DNA of 33,408 nt. Origin: Candidatus Thalassarchaeaceae archaeon (GTDB taxonomy: Archaea; Thermoplasmatota; Poseidoniia; Poseidoniales; Thalassarchaeaceae). The stretch is from positions 1 through 33,408 of the forward strand of contig JASLKH010000074.1 of the NCBI GenBank assembly GCA_030747675.1, written 5' to 3'. The position numbers and the translations under genes are program-made. Below the pieces are notes generated by a model. It was given only the letters and a program-made list of their open reading frames with translations, made no database searches and was not told where the DNA came from. Shown one piece after another: positions 26,532 to 33,408 of this stretch (the first letter of the stretch is position 1; each line of letters begins with the position of its first letter).

Positions 26532-29500
26532 ATGAGTGATGATGAATCTGGTCGAGGGAGATTTCGAAATATTGTAATTCCAACTCAGACCAAGAAATCA
26601 AATGAAGCCTATATTCCGGGTTTTGCAGTTAATTCAATCACCGAATTACAACATCAATCAAACGCTCAATTCGGGATGATTATTTCTCTTGGTGGAGGAG
26701 TCATTGCACTTTTACTTGGAATATGGACCTTCATGGTCACAGATGCTGATGCGGACATTACATTTTTGTGGCTTTCTTTAGGCTCAATCGTTGCAGTTGC
26801 AGTAACATTTTCTTTAGTTGAAATTCAATATCGTCGACAAGGTATTCTTTCTATAATGCATGATTACTTACTTTCATTCGGACTTCTTTTCGGCATGTTG
26901 GGTAGTTTTTGGATCAGTCGCTATGGTCTTTTCTTTATTTGTGGGCATGGTGCAGATTCGTCAGGCTTCTGCCAAGGAGATACCGGGGCAGAAGATTGGC
27001 TTCCTGGTGCATGGGGTATCGTTGCTCAATCGAGTTTTGTGGCAGTCATTGCAGTTTTGTCTTGGTATTATACAAAGAGAGTAAATGGTTCGACCCTCCC
27101 TCGTTTGGTTCTTGTTCTAGCACCTTTAGCGATACTGATTATTGGAGCCGATGTATGGGTTGCTTGGGCTGAAGGGGATGCAGGCTTACCCCTTGTAATC
27201 GGTGTACTTTTGATGACCACGCTGTCGATGAGTTTGGCATCGATGAGCGATAGGAGCCCCCTCTTTCTTACTGCGGCCGCAATTTCATCCATTGCACCAT
27301 TTATTTACGAGATGAATTTGGATGGCCCAGCAGGTTCAGGTCTCTCGATGCTGACTATGATTGTCATAGTTCAAGGTATATTTGCAGCAAGCCCAGGTCT
27401 CTCTCGAACAATGATTGAGAAGGGTTCTGTCGGTTTAGTTGGCATTGTTATCTTAGCTCAATGGGTTAGTGGTAGTATTGAGGCAGATTTCATTCTGATT
27501 GAGCCAATTCAAAATAGTTGGATAACTTTGAATTTGATGCTCTGGCTTTCATTGCTTGTTGGCTATTTTTGGCCAGTACATATGCGCAGAGTCCCTTCAA
27601 TGCCCATTGGCTTAGGATTTGCTTTGTTACTCATACCAACTCCGGGAAGTATGCTTGCTTGGTGTTTAGCAATATTATCATTCATTTACATGCTGACTGT
27701 ACCTCAAACACGTCGATGGGTTGCAGATTGGACATTTATCGCAATGATGTTTGCATGGTGGGCAGGTGGATGGATATCATCTTTTGAGTCCGACATTGCG
27801 TCATTAGATCCAATTTTTATAGCAATCCCACCACTTGCATTGACAATAACTGGATATTTCGCAACGCGTGAAAATAGGTTATCATCCAACGCATTAAATA
27901 TTGGAATAATCATGATTATTCTATCGAATGAATTACTTTCAGGAACGGAACCTTGGTTACCACTAGGTGTTGCAACATCTCTTCTCCTCATGGTCTGGGT
28001 TCAAGCCCGAGAAGCAGAATCAATAATCGCTGCAGGAGACGCTGCTAGATTAGAAGCAACAGGGAGAATGGCACTTGCATTAGTTGGAATATTGGTTTTA
28101 GAACTAGCAAACAGACTGACAATCCCTTGGATTGATGTCAATGGCATACATATTGAGGCCTTGATATTGGCCACTGCATTGTATGCAATAGGAAGAGGCT
28201 TGCGGGGTGTTGAAGTAGACATTGGTCACTTACTTGCGAAGATTAGTGCAAGGACTACAAGTATACCCGAATGGGACCCCAATACAGCATCTTGGGTTTA
28301 TCGTCCATCGGTGATTTCTGAGAAAATGTCTACAGTTCGATTTGGGCCAGCGGCACGACTTGGATTAGCCGGCCCGCTCTTGCTTTTTTCTTTGGCCCTG
28401 TCAAGAAGTGGCGACCCTTTCACTGATCACTATCTGGTGGTTCTATTGGCATTACCAATCACCCTTCTTCTAAGAGAAATATTGCTAGAATTACCGAACG
28501 ATGACAAGACTCGAGCCGCAGGTATCTGGACACTTTTCTTAATTGCCTTACCAAGTTCTTTGGCTTTGCACTTCACAGCAGACAGTTCCTTAGATGAGAA
28601 TACAATTCCAGCATCTCTATTGCTTTTTGATTCGTTATTATTGATGGGCCCCATTCTTGGAGATGTTATGCTGCATCGCCGTGGACTTGAAGGCGAGAAA
28701 GACATGAAGGCAGGATCAATTGCATTGTTAGGATTACTCGCACTCGCAATTCTTGACACAAGTGGCGGTTTCCTTGCTCTACCGTTGTTTGCAATTGTTT
28801 TGATGCGTGGATTCATGCACCGCCAGGGACCTGCAATTCATTGGTTAGGATTCGCATGGATATTCTGGATTTTAACAATGGATTTGGAAAGTACAAGTTC
28901 ACTAATTGCACTTGTACCCGAAGTGACGGTGTTGGTCGAAACATCATTCTTTGATTTACCACGATGGGCAGGTCTTGGCCTTATTGCTATTGGATTACCT
29001 TCTCTCTATGGAGCGATACAGGATATTCGAGCGACTGCTAAGGGCCTTGAAGTTGATGAGCACTCTCATCCAATATTAGCCCCAACCATGTTCATTATTG
29101 CAGGAGTGTTCTTATTAATTCCCGATGCACATTGGCTGTCAGTAGGCATTATTATTTTGGCTTCAATAGGGGCATGGTTAGTAGGAAAAATGGGATGGTT
29201 TTGGATTGCTAGTCCGTTGCTTTTCATCAGTTTGATTTACGCAGGAGAAGTTGAATGGGGAGGCGCTATTGGAGAAACTATACGTTTTGCTGCTGCAGGT
29301 ACATTCGCATTTAACGCAATCCTTTTCATCACAAATTCACGCGAACAATTTTTCAAAAATTCAGATGATTCATGGGACGAGATTCGACAAGGAAATCTAG
29401 TTGATGTTATTACAATTGGTGCGTTTATTGCTAGCCTTATCGCAGATGATTACTTCTTTGGCATTGCATTGTTGCTGGGTGCACTTTTGATGACAAAATA

Positions 29501-30395
29501 TGCACATGGGCGTAGGTGGTCGAATTTCCTTGTATTCTGGTTACCACTTGCACACAGTTGGGTTATCTATCGTATTCTTGCAGATCCTTTACCAGAAGCC
29601 AATGTTGAGATTGCAGGCCTGGTTCTATTGGTTGAATCAATTCTTCTAACATGGTCCTCATGGACGATGTATGATTTTGGTTGGGATGATTTTTCTGATG
29701 ATGAAGTATTGGAACACGCTAACACATCAGGTTGGCTTGGTGCTGTATTATTTATTCCAGCAGCTTGGTTTACTGTAATTGATATGCCAATGTGGATGTT
29801 TGGAGGTATGCTTTGTGTGCATTCTGCAGGTCAAATGGCACTAGGATTCCAGCGAAATGAAAGTTGGAGGCGAATATATTCTTTAATCGGAGTTGCAGTT
29901 GGCTTCTTGATTATTGCAATTGATATTGAAAATGGTATCATGCGTGGTGTGATGCTAGTATTGGCCAGCTTAACGATGATGATGCAAGGTATTCTCTACA
30001 TGACGGAAGCAGGAATAAAAATGGCTGGAACAGGTGAGGGTGACGTTGTTGATGAAGTGGAAGAAGCTGAACCAAAAACCCGTAAGAAATTGGACCTCAC
30101 CTCGTTGTTGTCAATACCTGATCCCGTTCTAGATACGAAGGATGACGTCGAAGAAGGAGATGTGGACCCTTCGGAAGAAATTGAATTATCACTTCCTAGA
30201 GCGAAACCAGTTTCGGCAGAACCTTTGTTGGAAGAAAGAATCCGAACTGAGCACTACGATCTCGAATTACCAGTTGATGTTCGAGATAGAATTGGAACTG
30301 TAATTACCTCTACACCTCACGAAGGATTCCATCCAGTGATACGATGGGACCAATGGGGACAAGTCATACTGGATTGGGAGCCAATAAGCAAATAA
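26532..30395 (+). CDS. Very large polytopic membrane protein (about 35-39 hydrophobic segments), DUF2339-like C-terminal TM region
   Basis: 1287-aa ORF, mostly short hydrophobic helices, then an acidic linker and a small soluble C-terminal domain. Confidence 0.75.
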   Translation: MSDDESGRGRFRNIVIPTQTKKSNEAYIPGFAVNSITELQHQSNAQFGMIISLGGGVIALLLGIWTFMVTDADADITFLWLSLGSIVAVAVTFSLVEIQYRRQGILSIMHDYLLSFGLLFGMLGSFWISRYGLFFICGHGADSSGFCQGDTGAEDWLPGAWGIVAQSSFVAVIAVLSWYYTKRVNGSTLPRLVLVLAPLAILIIGADVWVAWAEGDAGLPLVIGVLLMTTLSMSLASMSDRSPLFLTAAAISSIAPFIYEMNLDGPAGSGLSMLTMIVIVQGIFAASPGLSRTMIEKGSVGLVGIVILAQWVSGSIEADFILIEPIQNSWITLNLMLWLSLLVGYFWPVHMRRVPSMPIGLGFALLLIPTPGSMLAWCLAILSFIYMLTVPQTRRWVADWTFIAMMFAWWAGGWISSFESDIASLDPIFIAIPPLALTITGYFATRENRLSSNALNIGIIMIILSNELLSGTEPWLPLGVATSLLLMVWVQAREAESIIAAGDAARLEATGRMALALVGILVLELANRLTIPWIDVNGIHIEALILATALYAIGRGLRGVEVDIGHLLAKISARTTSIPEWDPNTASWVYRPSVISEKMSTVRFGPAARLGLAGPLLLFSLALSRSGDPFTDHYLVVLLALPITLLLREILLELPNDDKTRAAGIWTLFLIALPSSLALHFTADSSLDENTIPASLLLFDSLLLMGPILGDVMLHRRGLEGEKDMKAGSIALLGLLALAILDTSGGFLALPLFAIVLMRGFMHRQGPAIHWLGFAWIFWILTMDLESTSSLIALVPEVTVLVETSFFDLPRWAGLGLIAIGLPSLYGAIQDIRATAKGLEVDEHSHPILAPTMFIIAGVFLLIPDAHWLSVGIIILASIGAWLVGKMGWFWIASPLLFISLIYAGEVEWGGAIGETIRFAAAGTFAFNAILFITNSREQFFKNSDDSWDEIRQGNLVDVITIGAFIASLIADDYFFGIALLLGALLMTKYAHGRRWSNFLVFWLPLAHSWVIYRILADPLPEANVEIAGLVLLVESILLTWSSWTMYDFGWDDFSDDEVLEHANTSGWLGAVLFIPAAWFTVIDMPMWMFGGMLCVHSAGQMALGFQRNESWRRIYSLIGVAVGFLIIAIDIENGIMRGVMLVLASLTMMMQGILYMTEAGIKMAGTGEGDVVDEVEEAEPKTRKKLDLTSLLSIPDPVLDTKDDVEEGDVDPSEEIELSLPRAKPVSAEPLLEERIRTEHYDLELPVDVRDRIGTVITSTPHEGFHPVIRWDQWGQVILDWEPISK

Positions 30396-30396
30396 T

Positions 30397-31224
30397 TCAT
30401 TGTCTCCAACTCGAAGAATATGAATCAACGCCTTTCAAATCAGCGATAATTTCGGCAAGTACTGCTATGGCAATTTCTTGAGGAGATTCGGCTCCAATAT
30501 TAATGCCGATTGGACAAATGACAGAATCAATTGCCTTTTGTGGAATTCCAGAATCCAATGCAGATTTCTCGAATGCGAGCCACTTTGATTTAGAACCGAT
30601 ACATCCAATTCTCGGCCTTTGCTCACATCTTTGTAGTAATCCAATCAGAAGAGTTTGATCTATTTCCCAATCATGACCCAATAGCAGCACATGTGAAAAA
30701 CGGCTTAGTGATTCAGTTGTTTCACGCGACAAGAATTCATTTGGTTGCGCTGCAACACATTCCTCTGCGTCAGGCCACAAGTCTTCATTAGCATATTCTG
30801 AACGCGTATCAAGTACAGAAAAATTCCAACCTAGAGAAGCACTTGCATCTGCAATTGCCTGAGCACAATGCCCCCCTCCTGCCAAAAGAACGTGAGGCAT
30901 TGGATGGATGATTTCCATAGCCACGGTTACTATTCCACCGCACAAGCTGTTCAATGGAGTCCCAATTTTTCCTTTTGACTCACGTTGGAGTTGATATGTT
31001 TCAACACGTCCTTCGCCAGTGCTCAAAATCTCACGAAGATGATTCAGAACTTTTGCTTCGAGACCGGCTCCACCAACTGTGCCAAACATCTCCGCACTGG
31101 TGAGCGCCATATGTGCACCAGGCTTTCCTGGAACGCTACCCTGCGCATTAATCACACTTGCTAGAGCAACAGTTTCTCCTTCTTGAAGGCGTCCTGTAAC
31201 CCATTCTAGAACTCGCTGTGTCAC
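30397..31224 (-). CDS. xdhC: XdhC/CoxI-family molybdenum-cofactor insertion chaperone
   Basis: ALASVINAQGSVPGKPGA, GTVGGAGLE, LCGG, LLAGGGHCA, IGCIGSKSK and CPIGINIGAESPQEIAIAVLAEI motifs. Confidence 0.92.
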   Translation of the reverse strand: MTQRVLEWVTGRLQEGETVALASVINAQGSVPGKPGAHMALTSAEMFGTVGGAGLEAKVLNHLREILSTGEGRVETYQLQRESKGKIGTPLNSLCGGIVTVAMEIIHPMPHVLLAGGGHCAQAIADASASLGWNFSVLDTRSEYANEDLWPDAEECVAAQPNEFLSRETTESLSRFSHVLLLGHDWEIDQTLLIGLLQRCEQRPRIGCIGSKSKWLAFEKSALDSGIPQKAIDSVICPIGINIGAESPQEIAIAVLAEIIADLKGVDSYSSSWRQ

Positions 31225-31307
31225 ACTTCACGGAGGACCTCATCACTCTTGAGTCATCGCACGAAGACCTCCCGAGAACATTTTCAATAGATTGCAGTGC
31301 GAGGAGC

Positions 31308-32516
31308 ATGGTCAACAGCGCAGATGTTGCAGAACTCATTGTTGTGAGTATGCGAGATGCGTTTTTGGCAGTCACAGTTTTTGTAGCTGCGATGATTTTA
31401 CTTTTTAGTTGGTTACAATTTGTAACAGCGGGGAAATTTGTTGATGCAATCCGTAGTAACAAGCGTATGCAACCGGTTATTGGTGCATTAATGGGACTTA
31501 CTCCTGGTTGCGGAGGAGCCATTATCATGATGCCAATGTATGCAAGAGGGTATGTGACCTATGGTACAGTAATTGCTACATTAATTGCAACATTGGGTGA
31601 TTCTGCTTTCATTCTAATTGGTGCAGCATTGACAGATTCATCGTTCATTGCACCTGTGATTGCGGTTCATGCTATTTCCTTCATCGTTGGGGTGTCATGG
31701 GGGTATCTTGTGGATGGTTTCAACATTACTCCAAAGCAACCCTTGGGTCGAATTGGGCCAACGTTTGAAGATCAACGGGAACTCGATGAATTTGATGCAA
31801 ATTCAATGGAAAGAGATGAAAACGTGCTCCTCGATTTGGGTAGGGAAGAACAAGAAGGATTGGGTTACAAAATTCTACATCAAGGATATGTAGCATGGTG
31901 GTGTGTGACAATATTGGGGTTAATTTTCGCAATTTTACTGTTGGTTTGGACTGCTCAGGATTCGGAATTTTCCTTAGAATTAAGTTACAATCCATTTACC
32001 CTTCATGGTTTCATTACATGGATTGGTTTACTTGGAACAATCATGTCAATTATCCTTTTTCTTGCTCAAAAAACGTGGTTATCAGATGATACAGAGGTCA
32101 CTATTGGCGATAAACTTCATTCGATGAAGGAAACTATGATTCATGCAGCTAGTGAAACCGCTTTTGTCACATTTTGGGTGATGGCTGCTTACTTGGTATT
32201 TGGATTTACAATGTTGCTCTCAGGTCTCAATGACTCAGATATTGCAAAATATGGAGGTGGATGGATAGCAGTATCCGTTGCAGCAATAATTGGTCTTATT
32301 CCCGGATGCGGGCCACAAATCATTGCAATAACAGCTTATACGAAAGATATGATATCATTCCCCGCACTTGCAGCAAACGCAATTAGCCAAGATGGAGATG
32401 CATTATTCCCATTATTGGTTCGTCATAAGGCCGCTAGTTTGTGGGCTACAATACATACAACCATACCTGCTTTGATTACGGGTTTTGTCTTGTTATATTT
32501 GCAAGTATCATTTTAG
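31308..32516 (+). CDS. Putative manganese transporter / DUF2899-like permease
   Basis: Duplicated motif LMGLTPGCGGAII / IGLIPGCGPQII, ATLGDSAF and ISQDGDALFP. Likely start ATG 31308; the ORF-track start at 31218 would overlap xdhC head-to-head. Confidence 0.8.
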   Translation: MVNSADVAELIVVSMRDAFLAVTVFVAAMILLFSWLQFVTAGKFVDAIRSNKRMQPVIGALMGLTPGCGGAIIMMPMYARGYVTYGTVIATLIATLGDSAFILIGAALTDSSFIAPVIAVHAISFIVGVSWGYLVDGFNITPKQPLGRIGPTFEDQRELDEFDANSMERDENVLLDLGREEQEGLGYKILHQGYVAWWCVTILGLIFAILLLVWTAQDSEFSLELSYNPFTLHGFITWIGLLGTIMSIILFLAQKTWLSDDTEVTIGDKLHSMKETMIHAASETAFVTFWVMAAYLVFGFTMLLSGLNDSDIAKYGGGWIAVSVAAIIGLIPGCGPQIIAITAYTKDMISFPALAANAISQDGDALFPLLVRHKAASLWATIHTTIPALITGFVLLYLQVSF

Positions 32517-32566
32517 TCAAAAGGTCCGATGCAAAAAACCTACTAGGGCCCCCCGTTCCGGAACAC

Positions 32567-33408
32567 GTGGGTAGTGTCTGGGTAGTTGATTCGAATTGTT
32601 TCATTCATCTTGGAGCAATGGCTCCTGATAGTTTTATAGGTGATTTGGAAAATATTTTGAAATCTGAATCTACGGGTATTTTTGTCACTCCAGGTGTGCA
32701 CGATGAAGTTCGAACTGTGAGGTTTCAGCGATGGTTAACCAAGCCGAATTTGTTGGATATCATGCGTAATTTATTGAACACGATTGCAATTGACGATTCG
32801 GAAATCCGTGCTTTAGCGAAAGAAATTGGTGAAAAGGAATCTCCCCAGGATGTTGACCTTTCATTAATGGTTCTCGCGTCAAAAATGTCTAAAGAAGGTA
32901 AAGATGTCACGTTGGTTTCAGATGATTTCAAAATGACTTTGACTGGAACCGGATCAAATTTTAATTTTGATACCTGTCCTCCCTCTACTTTTTTGCAAAG
33001 GCTTTCGGATTTAGGTTCGCGAGGGCAAAGAAATCGGTTGAGGAGCCTTTCGAGAAGAGTCCGTGCTGCTGAAATGCGATATGCCATTAGCCGCGCAGGC
33101 CAATATGATGTTCAGGCGAAATTGACTTGGATGGTTGACTCATTACTGTCATCTCAAGTCAACCTTGATTCGGATGAAGAATCCTCTACTCTTTCAGATG
33201 AAAGGAAACTAATTGCAGCATTGATTCGGTCAATTCGCGGAGAGGCGGTTAAGAAATCTACTTTGAACAAACTTGGCTCATTGCCTGAAATTTGTGCACC
33301 AGTTGCAAAATTAGATTCACATTTGTCCTCAATTTCATCCGATGAAAGTTCAGATGATGTGGCTCAAAAGTATGAAAAAACGGCCCAAATTTTGAGTGAA
33401 GTACTAGA
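32567..33408 (+). CDS. PIN-domain nuclease with long C-terminal extension (partial, runs off window; absent from the ORF track)
   Basis: Manual translation from GTG 32567: MGSVWVVDSNCFIHLG..IFVTPGVHDEV..PQDVDLSLMVLA..VTLVSDDFK; no stop codon before the window end. Confidence 0.75.
   Translation, partial: MGSVWVVDSNCFIHLGAMAPDSFIGDLENILKSESTGIFVTPGVHDEVRTVRFQRWLTKPNLLDIMRNLLNTIAIDDSEIRALAKEIGEKESPQDVDLSLMVLASKMSKEGKDVTLVSDDFKMTLTGTGSNFNFDTCPPSTFLQRLSDLGSRGQRNRLRSLSRRVRAAEMRYAISRAGQYDVQAKLTWMVDSLLSSQVNLDSDEESSTLSDERKLIAALIRSIRGEAVKKSTLNKLGSLPEICAPVAKLDSHLSSISSDESSDDVAQKYEKTAQILSEVL

Noticed and set aside
752-31995. Remaining short overlapping ORFs in the six-frame track
   Set aside because: All lie within longer ORFs with clear family motifs or coherent membrane topology, and none shows independent support.
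32555-32564. Perfect palindrome GTTCCGGAAC before the PIN gene start
   Set aside because: Roughly 30 such 10-bp palindromes are expected by chance in a window this size; no second copy seen.
32725-33087. 120-aa minus-strand ORF from the track
   Set aside because: Antisense shadow of the + strand PIN-domain gene.
1-33408. CRISPR arrays, IS elements, rRNA, prophage genes
   Set aside because: No regularly spaced repeats, transposase or integrase motifs, or rRNA-like segments seen; nearly all sequence is explained by CDSs.

Overview
Gene-dense, AT-rich archaeal chromosomal segment, most likely Marine Group II (Ca. Poseidoniales, Thermoplasmatota). That assignment is inferred from the archaeal aroA'/aroB' route, a GHMP-type shikimate kinase, an HTH_10 regulator, GGTGA/GGAGG ribosome-binding sites and acidic proteins. 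Contents in order: 3' part of tRNA-Leu(TAG); Reeler/choice-of-anchor-V-like surface protein; EF-hand + split PF06695 (DedA-superfamily) membrane protein; MacB/LolCDE-type ABC transporter; exonuclease III; partial archaeal shikimate operon (aroA'-aroB'-aroK-aroC) ending in aspartate kinase; a minus-strand run (hcrC-hcrA-hcrB-like molybdoenzyme, surface protein, DUF4350, MoxR, DUF58, membrane protein); a 911-aa CD36/scavenger-receptor-B-like protein; HTH_10 regulator; a 1287-aa protein with about 35-39 hydrophobic segments; XdhC; putative Mn transporter; and a PIN-domain ORF missed by the ORF track that runs off the window. Most notable: the archaeal CD36-like protein, the 4-hydroxybenzoyl-CoA-reductase-like enzyme in a presumably aerobic lineage, the EF-hand/DedA-like fusion, and three intergenic GC hairpins sharing a CCC-GNA-GGG core. 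No mobile element or CRISPR array was seen. All family calls come from motif recognition by eye; no database search was run.
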